Shown: positions 1-10,769, numbered from the stretch's first letter. The stretch is DNA of 64,000 nucleotides from Pyrodictiaceae archaeon (GCA_027036135.1 JALVSY010000007.1:292880-356879); one strand, 5' to 3'. Notes: a model not told the origin generated them from the letters alone. Numbers and translations: made by a program.

Positions 1-1767
1 CTTGATTCCTCTTACTGGCTCCTTTGCTAGTGGGCCCTCCTTCATGGCTAGGCGGAAGCCTTGTATAATTGTGTCCTTGACTTCTCTTAGGTGCTGCACA
101 CCTGTGGTCTTGTCTATGAATATGTTGAAGTTTTCGTCTATTGCCCATATTCTTTTTGCTTCGTCGTAGTCCCATCCGGCCTTGTCTCTTAGTATCCTGG
201 CTCTCTCCTGCGGCTCTTGGTCTTCGCTTATTTCGCCGCTTTGTATGAGCTTTATTGTCTCCTCGTTGAGCGGCTCTACGCTTATGTATAGCTTGTTGTG
301 CTTATTGGGGCTCTTGCCCTCGAATACCTGGCTCTTAGTTCTGATTGTCTCACGGTACACTACTATTGGCGGGCTAGTCTTTACCTCAAGGCCGTAGGTC
401 TCTTTGAGCCACCACAGCGCTATCTCTATGTGCAGCGGGCCCATACCGCTGAGCAGGTACTCTCCGGTCTCCTGGTTTATCTTGACCTGGAGGCTTGGGT
501 CCTCTATTGTCAGCTTGTAGAGGGCATCGATTAGCTTCGGTAGATCCTTGGGGTTCTTAGGCTCTATTGCGACTGTTACTACTGGCTCTGATACGAACTG
601 GAGCCGCTCGAATGGTGGAACTTTGTCCTTGAGGTCAACTGATACTACTGTTTCACCCGTCCTAGCATCCTCAAGGCCTAGTGTTGCCGCTATGTTTCCG
701 GCAGGGATCTCGTCAACGACCTCGCGGTCAGGGCCCATATAGATGCTTACCTGTAGCACTTTTGCTGTCTTGCGCGCGTTTATTAGCCAGACCTCGTCGC
801 CCTGCCTAAGTGTTCCGCTGAATATACGCCCAGTTGCTACTAGTCTTCTTATCCTTGGGTCAACCCTCATAAATGACACAGCGTATACGAGTGGGCCGTT
901 CGGGTCCGCCTCCATCATTGCCTTGCCGACATCGCTGTTGATGTCTCCCTTCCATATCTTCGGTATACGATACCTCTGTGCCTCTCTCGGGTTCGGTATG
1001 AACTTTACTACTGCGTCTAGGAGTACCTCGTGTAGTGGCGCGACCTTTGTTGCGAACTCTTCTACTGCTTCCTTGCCACGGTTATAGGTTTCGATTATGT
1101 CGCTGAACTTCACGCCTTTCTTCTGGGCAGCTGGTATGCTTATGCCCCACTTGTCACGAGCACTACCGAATATCACCATACCACTCGTCGGGTCGAGTTG
1201 CCACTTCTTCTTGAACTCGCCATCAGCATAGATGCTTATAAGATAGTTTATCTCCTTGATTATCTCAACGAACCGCTGCTGTATCTGCTGAGGAGTATAC
1301 TTCAGCTCCTTGATGAGCCTATCAACCTTGTTAATGAAGAGTATCGGCCTTACTCTTTCCTCGAGGCTCTGGCGGAGCACTGTCTCGGTCTGAGGCATAA
1401 CACCTTCAACAGCATCAACTACTAGTATCGCACCATCCATGAGCCTAAGGCTTCTCGTAACATGGCTCGAGAAGTCTACGTGGCCAGGCGTGTCTACGAG
1501 GTTAATCACATAGGGTCTGCCCTGGTACTCGTGATAGAGGCTAATATTAGCAGCCTTTACTGTTATACCACGCTGCTGCTCAACTTTTAGATAGTCTAGG
1601 GCAAGCGCTTCTCCAGCAATACGCTGCGAGATTATACCAGCCGCTGCTAGTAGGCTATCACTAGTAGTTGTCTTACCGTGATCAACGTGTGCAACGATAC
1701 CAATGTTTCTTACCTGTTCTATGTTTCTCATTATCTTTAGGATTTCCTCAACATGCTTGACTCGCAT
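1..1767 (-). CDS. fusA: Translation elongation factor 2 (aEF-2), 3' end beyond the window
   Basis: Hand translation from ATG at 1767 gives [34 protein letters not shown], then [12 protein letters not shown] and NKVD GTPase motifs; the frame is open to position 1, so it is absent from the ORF track. Confidence 0.97.
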   Translation of the reverse strand, partial: MRVKHVEEILKIMRNIEQVRNIGIVAHVDHGKTTTSDSLLAAAGIISQRIAGEALALDYLKVEQQRGITVKAANISLYHEYQGRPYVINLVDTPGHVDFSSHVTRSLRLMDGAILVVDAVEGVMPQTETVLRQSLEERVRPILFINKVDRLIKELKYTPQQIQQRFVEIIKEINYLISIYADGEFKKKWQLDPTSGMVIFGSARDKWGISIPAAQKKGVKFSDIIETYNRGKEAVEEFATKVAPLHEVLLDAVVKFIPNPREAQRYRIPKIWKGDINSDVGKAMMEADPNGPLVYAVSFMRVDPRIRRLVATGRIFSGTLRQGDEVWLINARKTAKVLQVSIYMGPDREVVDEIPAGNIAATLGLEDARTGETVVSVDLKDKVPPFERLQFVSEPVVTVAIEPKNPKDLPKLIDALYKLTIEDPSLQVKINQETGEYLLSGMGPLHIEIALWWLKETYGLEVKTSPPIVVYRETIRTKSQVFEGKSPNKHNKLYISVEPLNEETIKLIQSGEISEDQEPQERARILRDKAGWDYDEAKRIWAIDENFNIFIDKTTGVQHLREVKDTIIQGFRLAMKEGPLAKEPVRGIK

Positions 1768-1965
1768 AGCTTAACCCCTACACCCAGTGTGGGCAAAACC
1801 GAGTCCGGGTTATAAGCACTGGTATTACATGGTGTTCCAATTGAGGGAATAAGAGCCTAGCTGCGATGAATACACGATATCGCTTAATACTATTAAACAC
1901 CTAAACAAATCTAGTGGAGCTAAACATCCTTCTCCGAAACCTTTTACAAGAGAGGTGACGCATCT

Positions 1966-2451
1966 GTGGCGGATATAAAAGAACTCATAACCTATTTCCG
2001 CGAAGAAGCAAAGAGAGAAAGAGAATACTCCAAGCGACTCGAGGAAACAGCTTCAAAATCCCACAATATAATGCTGAAGACCCTAATGAAAGCAGTGTCT
2101 CTCGATTCGCTCAAACATGCGCTAATATATGAAGCCCTTGCTGATCTACTGGAAAATCCGCGGCTTGTCACGGAGCAAGAATCCGAGGAAATAATTAAGG
2201 AAATAGAAAGACACATAGAGGAAGAGAGGGAAGCCATAGAGGAGCTAAACAAGCTGCTTAAGGATGAACGGATAAAGGGCAATTCTGCTGCAGTCTTCCT
2301 AATAGAGCTAATGCTAAGAGACGAGAACTTCCACCACGCGCTACTTAGGAAACTGCACGATGCCGTGGTAAAGCCTCTCGTGTTTAGTGAGTCTGATTAC
2401 TGGGAAGCTGTATGGAGGGATGCTATCTGGCATGGGGCTCCAGGAGGCTAA
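1966..2451 (+). CDS. Ferritin-like/rubrerythrin-type four-helix-bundle protein
   Basis: Repeated E..E / D-E..H di-iron-like motifs (DSLKH, HIEEE, DENFH); GAGGTGA RBS upstream. Confidence 0.7.
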   Translation: MADIKELITYFREEAKREREYSKRLEETASKSHNIMLKTLMKAVSLDSLKHALIYEALADLLENPRLVTEQESEEIIKEIERHIEEEREAIEELNKLLKDERIKGNSAAVFLIELMLRDENFHHALLRKLHDAVVKPLVFSESDYWEAVWRDAIWHGAPGG

Positions 2452-2585
2452 ACGTGTAACTCCTTTCTTTTTACCATAGTTCTCCGGCATCGATTAACAC
2501 TAACTAGATAAGAACCAGTTCTTAGTTCACACACGTTTTCTTATCACTATAAGGGGAGTATTAGCAAAAACGTATTAGTCCGGAT

Positions 2586-3095
2586 TTAGAAGAATCTTCG
2601 TCTCCTACCGCGTGGTCTCTGGAGCATTGTTGTTAGCTCTATCTGTGCATCAAGAGCCGCTACCTTTGGCTTGTACTCCTCTATGGCTGCTGCCAATTTC
2701 TCGTAGTATTCTTTATCAAGGATTTTTTCTAGAAACTCCTTACCATCATTAGTTAGGCGTAGTTTCTTGGTCCGAGGATCGGTTTCCGCTAACCCCACAT
2801 ATAATAGAGCGACAACATCCTCGTGTAATTCCTTAGATGTTGGTACATCTCCTATAACATAGAAGTTATAGCCAAGATCTAGGCCTTTCTCTGTCTGGAG
2901 CCAGTATATCAAGTGCGCTAAGCTTCTCTCGTATATACCGCCTTGGTCTTCCATAGCCTTGAGCACCATGAGTAGTTTCCTCTTTCTTTCATCTTTCTCA
3001 ACCTTATCCCTTGTAACTACTGGTCGTGTTACTATGACGAGTTCCTTCTTGGTCCCACTGACTGGTTCTTTTTTCTTTTTATCAGACTTAGCCAT
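2586..3095 (-). CDS. Hypothetical protein, probable winged-helix fold
   Basis: 169-aa ORF with RBS; helix-helix then wing pattern (GLAETDPRTKKLRLTNDG); basic termini. Confidence 0.6.
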   Translation of the reverse strand: MAKSDKKKKEPVSGTKKELVIVTRPVVTRDKVEKDERKRKLLMVLKAMEDQGGIYERSLAHLIYWLQTEKGLDLGYNFYVIGDVPTSKELHEDVVALLYVGLAETDPRTKKLRLTNDGKEFLEKILDKEYYEKLAAAIEEYKPKVAALDAQIELTTMLQRPRGRRRRFF

Positions 3096-3181
3096 AACGA
3101 GCCCCTCGTTCGCCCGATGATTAGAGAGAGCCCCAGGTAGGGTCTTAGCAATGCCCTTCTATCAAAAAGCTAACGTTACTA

Positions 3182-3249
3182 TCGGGGCGCCAGGCTGTCA
3201 TCATAGTCCCTTTAATCTTGCGCTGTTCAGCCTCTAGTGCAATCCTCAT
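3182..3249 (-). ncRNA. C/D box sRNA candidate
   Basis: Minus strand: C ATGAGGA, 12-nt guide, D' CTGA, C' ATGATGA, 12-nt guide CAGCCTGGCGCC, D CCGA. Confidence 0.65.
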
Positions 3250-3281
3250 TTCGCTGCATTAGATAGAGTAAAGGATTGTGG

Positions 3282-3343
3282 ATGACGACAATTCGTCTCC
3301 CTGCTCATTCGTCGCCGAGGCGGCGGTGTTGCAGGGGCCCTGA
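3282..3343 (+). ncRNA. C/D box sRNA candidate
   Basis: C ATGACGA (3282), D' CCGA (3315), D CTGA (3340); C' is degenerate. Confidence 0.45.
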
Positions 3344-3379
3344 CCCCCAGTAAATATTATGATACCTTTAATGGCGGGA

Positions 3380-4672
3380 TTATTGCCTAGGTATAAGCTT
3401 TGCTATAAAGAATCCCTGAGTATCGTGGAGATGAGGGAAGAGTCTCTTGACGCGGTTTGAGACGGGGTAGAGAGTATAGCCAGGCGAGCCCGGGATTCCA
3501 GGAGTTTCTAGTGTATCGGAATGCTCCTCAACTATTTCTTCGCCTTCAAAGGGGAGTATACTACATGTTGCATAGACGATTTCCACACCATACCGTATAG
3601 CTAACTGTAGCATTCTTGTCTGTATTTGAGGAAATCGTGCTACCCAATTAATATTCTCTAAGTGAACCTTTATGGCAGGATCCTTTCCCATAGCACCGCT
3701 GCTTGTGCACGGAGCGTCTAGTATTATCTTGTTAGGTTTCCTTGACAGATGGAAGTATATAGAATCGGCGTTTACTAGCTGAATTCTCGAAAGGTCTACT
3801 CCTAGGAGTTTTAGGACTCTCCGCGTTCTCTTTATTCGCTCTCTTGATACATCAATAGCGATTATTGAGGCCTTATTATTCGTTAGTTGCATTATGAGGC
3901 TATCCTTTATGCCGGGTGCCGCAGCCATGTCTAGTACCAGGTCGCCCTCGGAAGGCTCAAGTGCTTCTACCACTAGCGCAGAGGCCTTGTCCTGGAAAAC
4001 TATCTCGCCTCGCCACATCTCTTCCAAGTGATGCAATGGCTCGTTGTAGTCAACTACTTTCAGCATATATGGTAGATCAGGGTCTCTTTTAACTACGACG
4101 CCTTTTTCTAGCAGCCTCTCAGCTATGGTATCAACGTCGGTTCTTAGCGTGTTGACACGTATCCACCATTTTTCCTCGTTTAGCTGTGAGAGAAGCCTCT
4201 CAGCCTCCTCGCGGGATAAAAGCTTAAGAAATACATCAACAAACCATTCAGGAAAGGAGTACTTTATTGCTAATAGCTTAGACTCGTTCTCAATACCATC
4301 TAGTAGCTCGTCAACACTCTCGATTCTTCGCGGAAGAGTTCTCAGGAGACGTCTCCTAAGCCTTTCAACGCCATCGGAGTAGCCTGCCAAGTACTCCTTC
4401 TCCGTACCTCTGAGAACTAGCCATAGCCTAACCATTCTCTTGGCGCTACCACGCTTACCATAAACAACGGCTTCGGCATGACGAAGCATATAGTAATCAA
4501 CTATGACATCGTGCGAGACCCTGTATAGGACTTTGAGCGGTACGTGGTTAGCTGCTTTTCGATACTCTCTTAGGACTTGCTGGAAAGCTCTATCATGGCT
4601 TACATTCTTGTTCATGACCACGTGAAGGGTTTTCGCAGCAAAATCCACTATGTATCGTATAGCCTTGTCCAC
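3380..4672 (-). CDS. RsmB/NOL1/NOP2 family RNA m5C methyltransferase
   Basis: QDKAS, DMAAAPG, ILDAPCTSSG, YATCS and HDTQGFFIAKL motifs. Confidence 0.93.
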   Translation of the reverse strand: MDKAIRYIVDFAAKTLHVVMNKNVSHDRAFQQVLREYRKAANHVPLKVLYRVSHDVIVDYYMLRHAEAVVYGKRGSAKRMVRLWLVLRGTEKEYLAGYSDGVERLRRRLLRTLPRRIESVDELLDGIENESKLLAIKYSFPEWFVDVFLKLLSREEAERLLSQLNEEKWWIRVNTLRTDVDTIAERLLEKGVVVKRDPDLPYMLKVVDYNEPLHHLEEMWRGEIVFQDKASALVVEALEPSEGDLVLDMAAAPGIKDSLIMQLTNNKASIIAIDVSRERIKRTRRVLKLLGVDLSRIQLVNADSIYFHLSRKPNKIILDAPCTSSGAMGKDPAIKVHLENINWVARFPQIQTRMLQLAIRYGVEIVYATCSILPFEGEEIVEEHSDTLETPGIPGSPGYTLYPVSNRVKRLFPHLHDTQGFFIAKLIPRQ

Positions 4673-4771
4673 GAGGCGCCAGCCCTTCCCGGTCCATACT
4701 TTCTTTCCAGCAAAGCATAAGGAGAAAAATCCCCTCTTATCTACATTATCTATATGATGATACCATTATTA

Positions 4772-4837
4772 ATGATGATAGGTGGGCTTACCAGAGCTCG
4801 CTAGGTGCAGCGATGAAGAATGTGGCCGTATCTGATA
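4772..4837 (+). ncRNA. C/D box sRNA
   Basis: C ATGATGA, guide TAGGTGGGCTTAC, D' CAGA, C' GCGATGA, guide, D CTGA; intergenic. Confidence 0.75.
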
Positions 4838-4884
4838 ATCTTATAATGGAGTAGTTTATAGCAGAGAGAAACACGAATAATTAT

Positions 4885-5604
4885 TTACTTCTTGAAATAG
4901 TCCAGCAGTGTCCTTTGTCCCTTGTTGCCCGTTATGGGTTTCTTCTCCATGTACCAGAGTGGGGCTATTTGCTTTAGTGTCGACCATGTTCTCCTAATAA
5001 ACCAGGGCGGGTTCGTGGGATTTCTCTTATACAATTGAATTATCCATTCACGGGTAGCGGGGTCGGTTGGATATCCCGAGCCCTTTACCCCGTATAATTT
5101 ACGCAGCCTCTCTATCTCTGTATCACGGATTACTTTTGCAACAATACTTGCTGCACTTACCACCGTATATTTAGAGTCGGCTTTAGGCTCTATTACTAGC
5201 CTTGTACTTCTTAGCCAGGCTAGTCTCGAGTATAGGTAATTTTTGAGCTTACTAGGGGGACCGATAGCGTCTATAACTACAGCCTCGAGGGCGGCCCCGA
5301 GTAGCTCCTTAGCTCTTGTAAGCATATGTATTATTGTCTCGTATTCTAATGTGTTCAAGTTATATGAGTCGATCATACTTGGTGGAATTATTTCATATAT
5401 GATGAAGTGGCTGAGGCTCTCTATAATGCTTTTTAGCTTGCTTCTTTTTCCTCTATCTAGCTCCTTGCTGTCTCTTACACCAGTAATCCTTAGTTGACCA
5501 AGGTTCTCCGCATCAATTGCAACCAAGGCTAGCACCATGGGCCCTATTACTGGTCCTCTTCCGGCCTCATCTATACCAATGAATAGTTTCTTGGATATCT
5601 TCAC
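4885..5604 (-). CDS. rnhB: Ribonuclease HII with C-terminal PIP box
   Basis: GIDEAGRGPVIGP, DSK, SAASIVAKV and GSGYPTDP motifs; QRTLLDYF PCNA-interacting motif; GTG start at 5604 after GAGGAG. Confidence 0.96.
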   Translation of the reverse strand: MKISKKLFIGIDEAGRGPVIGPMVLALVAIDAENLGQLRITGVRDSKELDRGKRSKLKSIIESLSHFIIYEIIPPSMIDSYNLNTLEYETIIHMLTRAKELLGAALEAVVIDAIGPPSKLKNYLYSRLAWLRSTRLVIEPKADSKYTVVSAASIVAKVIRDTEIERLRKLYGVKGSGYPTDPATREWIIQLYKRNPTNPPWFIRRTWSTLKQIAPLWYMEKKPITGNKGQRTLLDYFKK

Positions 5605-6469
5605 GTTTGCACTCCTCCTCAATGTACTTGTTATAGGCTATACATGCTGTTTCCTCGGGCTGTAACATGGATATATTGCCTAATTTGAGACCAAGGTCGC
5701 TAAGTAATATGCTTAGTAGGGCTTGTGCGTTCTCAGCCTCTGGCCAGCACTGCCTCTCCTCCATAAGTAATTTACACCCAATAACTACTTCGGCATAGTT
5801 ATTACGCGTTATGAGTGCTATGTTCTTCACCGCGCCAGTATTCTCAAAGTCCAGTGCTTCCGCGACTCTAAGTAATGTGAAGCATGTTTTACTTAGTACA
5901 TTCCTTTGAGTAGCGATGAACGTGTATAGTTCCTGTATACATCTTAGCATCTTGGGTCTCGTAGCGCTGAGTTGTATCGCTATGTCGATTCCTATCTCTA
6001 ATACTGTTGATTTATGGGCATCACCGCCCGTAAATGCACTGTTAAGGAATCTTTGTGACTCGTTAACTAAGTCTATACCTGCATTCCGGATATATGATAA
6101 ATGTATAAGAGAGCGGGCATGAAGAGGAGAAGAGAGCTTGTATAAGGAGACCTCATCCAGGCTTGCTCCGAGAAATATTAGTCTATAAGCTTCTTGAAGC
6201 AAGTGAAGTTGATCATATCCTTCCATAACCACTATACCAGTGAAGCTTCTTTCATGTATCCACCTAGTGATACCAAGCAGAGAGAATAGAGTAGGCGAGT
6301 CCGTAATGCTTAGGGGATAGATTTCTGCATCAATTCCTACCTCTTTATAGAGTCTTGCGCGCTCAACTATACGATAATCATCTGATACAAGTAGAACCGT
6401 CTTAGCGTCCTGGTATAAGGGGTCATTCAACGACATTAATTTCTTGAATACTATGTTAGCTATTCGCAT
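5567..6469 (-). CDS. Hypothetical protein; degenerate dual-specificity-phosphatase-like N-terminus fused to an HD-like helical domain
   Basis: GIDAEIYPLSITDSPTL..RWI resembles a DSP fold lacking CX5R; HKSTVL..IQL and LLRVAEALD resemble Ppx-type HD helices. Confidence 0.5.
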   Translation of the reverse strand: MRIANIVFKKLMSLNDPLYQDAKTVLLVSDDYRIVERARLYKEVGIDAEIYPLSITDSPTLFSLLGITRWIHERSFTGIVVMEGYDQLHLLQEAYRLIFLGASLDEVSLYKLSSPLHARSLIHLSYIRNAGIDLVNESQRFLNSAFTGGDAHKSTVLEIGIDIAIQLSATRPKMLRCIQELYTFIATQRNVLSKTCFTLLRVAEALDFENTGAVKNIALITRNNYAEVVIGCKLLMEERQCWPEAENAQALLSILLSDLGLKLGNISMLQPEETACIAYNKYIEEECKREDIQETIHWYR

Positions 6470-6605
6470 TACGAAACACCTAAGGATTCAGTCAAGTATG
6501 CGCTCTTCATCGGCTCTACGCCTAAGCTCCCGGATTCCACATCACGAACCATGCTCTCCATCAAATCGGGTAACCATAGTAGCCTTAATTACGTTGCTCT
6601 CTTAC

Positions 6606-8528
6606 TTAGCGCCCAGCTACCTCCGAGGCACGTTCACTTGCCTCAGCTTTCTCCGGTATACCAGCTGCTATATACGGCATCAATGCCTGCGCAACATCCT
6701 CAAACACAATTACGCCCCTATACCGATAGGAGCGATCAACTACTATCACATAGTCTACTCCATGCGCTACCATTTCTTCTAGGACGCGGATGAAGGGATC
6801 ATTCTCTCTTACTATTGGGGCGTTTATTAAGGAGACCTCTATGACTGCCTGCGATGATCTCATCATGTATCCTAGGTCCAGGCCTACATAGGCCGGGTCT
6901 AGAACACCCACGACACGATTATTGTCATCAACTATTGGTATTATCTTCTGCCCTGTCTGTACCATGATCTTCGCTGCATCCCTTAATGTTGCGTGCCAAT
7001 TCACTGGCGTAAAGCGCTTAACCAGGCTCAGTATAGTTACATTAATTCTCCCTATTTCACCGCTTCTTAGCATTTGCAGAAGAGATTCAGCTGTAAAGAC
7101 TGTCGGCGGTAATGGCTTCTTGAGGGCAGCTGTAGCAAATGTAACTCCACGTGTAGCTATAGCTGATGTTAAAGATGCTATAAGGGCTGGTACTATTAGG
7201 GCAGGTGTGCCAGCTATCTCTGCGACAAAGAAGGCTAGTCCTATTGGAGCCTTATAGGCGGCACCAGCCAAAGAAGCCATTCCTATATATGCATATATAA
7301 CAGCTTGTACCCCTAAATACCGACCTAGAGTTACGCCTACAAATTGTCCAACCATGGCACCTATGAAGAGGCTTGGAGTAAGTAGCCCCCCGCTAAGCCC
7401 GCTCCCAACAGTTAAGCTTGTTGCAATAATTTTCATTATAGCTAGTACAAGTAATATAACCAATAAGTTATAATGCATCCCTATCAATTCTTGTACTTCT
7501 CTTCCATGCGAGAAAGCACTTAATAAATCGCTTAGAAGTTCCTCTCCGGTCCCTAATATGGCGGGAACAAATATACCTATAACACCTACTATACTTGCTC
7601 CTATAATCGGCTTTAAATAGATACTAAGATTTCTTCTCTCTATAATATTGTTGAACCACCTCTTTGCTGTGAAGAAGAACTTTACAAAAACGAAAGCGAA
7701 AAACGCCTCAATTAATCCCAGCACTATATATGAGCCCAGAGCACCAAGACTATATAATGAGATTATATTAGCTATGTGCAATGAAGGAAGCTTATATTCA
7801 GGCCCTAGTATATGAAGAGACAAAGCATACGCTATCGTTGAGGCAAGCAATGCAGGAGGAAGAGCTGCAGCCTCTAGTACGTCCTCGTAGAGAAGCTCCG
7901 TGGCAAATATTGCAGCACCTACCGGGCTCTGAAATATGAATGAAAGAGCCGCAGCAGCGCCTGCTATTAAGGCTATTCTTCTCTCTTCTATACCCAAGTG
8001 TAGCGAAGTTGCTGTAAAAGAACCTACTGAGCCACCTATTTGTATGGCTGGTCCTTCGGGACCAGCACTCCCCCCAGTGCCGAGAACTAAAGCAGACGCA
8101 ATAGTTTTAATTGCTGCTATGCGGCCCCTTAATGTCCCCGCCTTGAAATGATAAGCCTCTATAACACTTTCTGCGCCAGCTCCCTCGGCTTCGGGTTCAA
8201 ACGTATATACTATAAAAGATGATGCAGCAGCACCTATGAGTAGTACTAAAGGAATTAGAAATTTTTTCCTAGAATGGATAGCTATTAGCGAATAATCGGT
8301 GAGAGCCCTATGAAGAAGTATCCCATGAAGCTGCGCACTAAGGGCCACTATGTCTTTAAGCATCCAATAGAATACACCTATCGCGAGCGAAGCAGCAATA
8401 GCTGTAATAGTGCTTATGAAGAGCCAGCGCTCAACATAGCCGAGACGAAGGACTATGCTATTAACTAGGCTCGTGACCCGGCGAAGCAACATACTGTAGC
8501 CGCCTTGGTATCTGCTGTGTCCCCCCAC
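6606..8528 (-). CDS. ClC family chloride channel/antiporter with two CBS domains
   Basis: GGSAGPEGP, FQSPVGAAIFATE and GLSGGLLTPSLFIG motifs; many TM helices; C-terminal CBS pair. Confidence 0.92.
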   Translation of the reverse strand: MGGHSRYQGGYSMLLRRVTSLVNSIVLRLGYVERWLFISTITAIAASLAIGVFYWMLKDIVALSAQLHGILLHRALTDYSLIAIHSRKKFLIPLVLLIGAAASSFIVYTFEPEAEGAGAESVIEAYHFKAGTLRGRIAAIKTIASALVLGTGGSAGPEGPAIQIGGSVGSFTATSLHLGIEERRIALIAGAAAALSFIFQSPVGAAIFATELLYEDVLEAAALPPALLASTIAYALSLHILGPEYKLPSLHIANIISLYSLGALGSYIVLGLIEAFFAFVFVKFFFTAKRWFNNIIERRNLSIYLKPIIGASIVGVIGIFVPAILGTGEELLSDLLSAFSHGREVQELIGMHYNLLVILLVLAIMKIIATSLTVGSGLSGGLLTPSLFIGAMVGQFVGVTLGRYLGVQAVIYAYIGMASLAGAAYKAPIGLAFFVAEIAGTPALIVPALIASLTSAIATRGVTFATAALKKPLPPTVFTAESLLQMLRSGEIGRINVTILSLVKRFTPVNWHATLRDAAKIMVQTGQKIIPIVDDNNRVVGVLDPAYVGLDLGYMMRSSQAVIEVSLINAPIVRENDPFIRVLEEMVAHGVDYVIVVDRSYRYRGVIVFEDVAQALMPYIAAGIPEKAEASERASEVAGR

Positions 8529-8604
8529 TCCACCGTACCCGAGTATAACCGCTAACTAGAAGAAGGAGATAGAATAACTAAACCCTCGTCACGAAGAATG
8601 AGAG

Positions 8605-9198
8605 GTGGCAGCCGCAATGGCGGGGATGATTGATTTAGCGAGACTCCTTTCCGGCCAGGACCTAGAAGAGGCAAGGAAAACCATAGAGGGCGGAGAAGCA
8701 GAGTTCAAGGTATATGCACTTCCCCGCCCCCGTTTGAAGATAAGAACGCCTAAGAAGAGGCTCATGGAGCTAGAAGAGGGCAAGATAGCTAGGCTCGAGT
8801 ACTCCTTGGTTAGGGCAACTATATCAGCTGCCCTTGATGGGAGAAAACCATCATTCAAGGACGTGGCTACACTGGCTGGCGACTACAAGGCAGCTGCTGC
8901 ATACCTAGCATTCCTCTGGAGAACCGGCCTAGTTGTATTCGATAGCCAGGAAGCTGCAATGAACCTTTATATAGCATCAAGTGCTCTGAGCCAGAAAACA
9001 TACGAACATAGAATCTCGAAAGTACTTGGTGCAACATTCAGTATCAACACAGAGAAAGTAGCTAGGCTGCCAAGCGACACCATATACTGTGTGTACCGGG
9101 AAGGAACACTGGGATGTAAGTATATTGTAGCTAGTTGTGCCAGAAGCCAAGCCAAAGCAGAGATAAGAGGAATTACAGATACTCTCTTAAAGAAATAA
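8605..9198 (+). CDS. Hypothetical protein
   Basis: 197-aa ORF with host-like codon use; likely start ATG 8618 after GAGGTG; weak central wHTH-like segment. Confidence 0.65.
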   Translation: MAAAMAGMIDLARLLSGQDLEEARKTIEGGEAEFKVYALPRPRLKIRTPKKRLMELEEGKIARLEYSLVRATISAALDGRKPSFKDVATLAGDYKAAAAYLAFLWRTGLVVFDSQEAAMNLYIASSALSQKTYEHRISKVLGATFSINTEKVARLPSDTIYCVYREGTLGCKYIVASCARSQAKAEIRGITDTLLKK

Positions 9199-9348
9199 AT
9201 GTAGTGAAGCTATCAAAGCTAATATAAGGTTACGAAATGATTTTTATTCAAACAACGCTACAGTTGCTTTAATTACTCCAACACCCATTGACTGCTACAG
9301 CATATCAAGAACATAGGCTATAATTGTATAAAGAGTGAGGGGGACTAC

Positions 9349-10008
9349 ATGGTGGAACTGGTCTGGTGGGGCCATGCTTGCTTTGAGATAAAATGCTGCA
9401 ACAAGTCATTGCTAATAGACCCACATGATGGAGGAAGCCTCGGCCCCGGATTCCAGCCACCTAGGGCTAAGCCAGATTATATTCTTGTAACCCACGAGCA
9501 CTACGACCATAACGCTGTTGAGTCTGTTCAAAGAGGCAGTACTATTGTTGTGAGGGAGAGAGTCGGAGAGTTCGAGCTAGGTCCTTTTAGGATTAGAGGT
9601 GTAAAGCTACCTCATGACGAGTTTGAGGGCAAGCTTAGAGGCTTTGTTGTAGCTTACCGAGTGGAAGTTGAGGGGCTGAGCATTACGCACTTAAGTGATG
9701 CTGGTAGGCCACCTAGGGAGGATGAATCACAGCTTCTGAGGGCCGACATTGCGCTTGCTCCTGCAGGTAATGTTTATACTATGCATCCCCGCAAAGCACT
9801 TGAAGCAGCCGCTGAGCTAGGTGCACGTGTACTCGTACCTATGCATTACTGGGTTCCTGGAATGCAGCTCCCCCTTGATCCTCTCGAAAACCTGCTAAGA
9901 TATGCTAAGAAATGGAGAGTTGTACGCTACGACTCTAACCAAGTAATGATTTCGAGGGACGAGCTACCCGATACACGTACAATACTTATCCTGTCATTGC
10001 CGCAATGA
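9349..10008 (+). CDS. MBL-fold metallo-hydrolase
   Basis: WWGHACF, THEHYDH and PMHY motifs. Confidence 0.88.
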   Translation: MVELVWWGHACFEIKCCNKSLLIDPHDGGSLGPGFQPPRAKPDYILVTHEHYDHNAVESVQRGSTIVVRERVGEFELGPFRIRGVKLPHDEFEGKLRGFVVAYRVEVEGLSITHLSDAGRPPREDESQLLRADIALAPAGNVYTMHPRKALEAAAELGARVLVPMHYWVPGMQLPLDPLENLLRYAKKWRVVRYDSNQVMISRDELPDTRTILILSLPQ

Positions 10009-10769
10009 CACGGGATGATGCAGGAGTGGAGTGCGGCAATCCGGTCCTTGAAGTGAATAACGTTGTTAAGAAGTTTAAAAGAGGACCTACTATCGGGCCT
10101 ATCTCTTTCACTGTTTCGCGTGGCGAGATCTTTGCCCTAATAGGGCCCAATGGTGCGGGAAAGACGACAACTATACGCATGATTACCGGAATATATAGGC
10201 CTGATGCTGGCTACGTCAAGGTATGTGGTTCGGTTGCACAACGAGGATTTGTGGCATATGTTCCGGAGGAGTCAGCTGTTTATCCTAGGCTAACAGGGTA
10301 TGAGCACTTGTATTTCTATGCGAAACTGTACTATAGTGATAAGCGCCGAGTACGCTTGATAGTTGAGCGAGCAGCTAGTATCTCGGGGCTAGGCGATAAC
10401 CTTCGTAGAAAGGTTGGAGAGTACAGTAAGGGTATGAAGCGTCGCCTCTTGGTGGCACTAGCGTTAGCTCTTGATACGCCATTACTCGTACTAGATGAGC
10501 CTACATCTGGGCTCGATGTATATAGCTCTGTTGAGGTTAGGAGGCTTATACTCCGAGCTGCTAGGGATGGTAGGGCTATATTGCTTACGAGTCATAACAT
10601 GTTAGAGGTTGAGAGGCTTGCAACACGCGTAGGCTTCATTGCTAGGGGACAGCTTATAGATATTGGCGAGCCCCATGTACTAATCGAGCGATATGGTGGC
10701 AGGGACCTTGAAGAAGCCTTTGTGAATGCTGTGCAACGTGTGCTCGGTAAAACAATTGCCAAACGGTGA
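10005..10769 (+). CDS. ABC transporter ATP-binding protein (NatA-like)
   Basis: GPNGAGKTT Walker A, YSKGM signature, LDEPTSGLD, SH motif. Confidence 0.95.
   Translation: MTRDDAGVECGNPVLEVNNVVKKFKRGPTIGPISFTVSRGEIFALIGPNGAGKTTTIRMITGIYRPDAGYVKVCGSVAQRGFVAYVPEESAVYPRLTGYEHLYFYAKLYYSDKRRVRLIVERAASISGLGDNLRRKVGEYSKGMKRRLLVALALALDTPLLVLDEPTSGLDVYSSVEVRRLILRAARDGRAILLTSHNMLEVERLATRVGFIARGQLIDIGEPHVLIERYGGRDLEEAFVNAVQRVLGKTIAKR

Noticed and set aside
182-1425. Plus-strand ORFs listed in the track
   Set aside because: They are shadow ORFs antisense to EF-2
1863-1870. Isolated GCGATGA C-box-like motif
   Set aside because: No matching D box downstream
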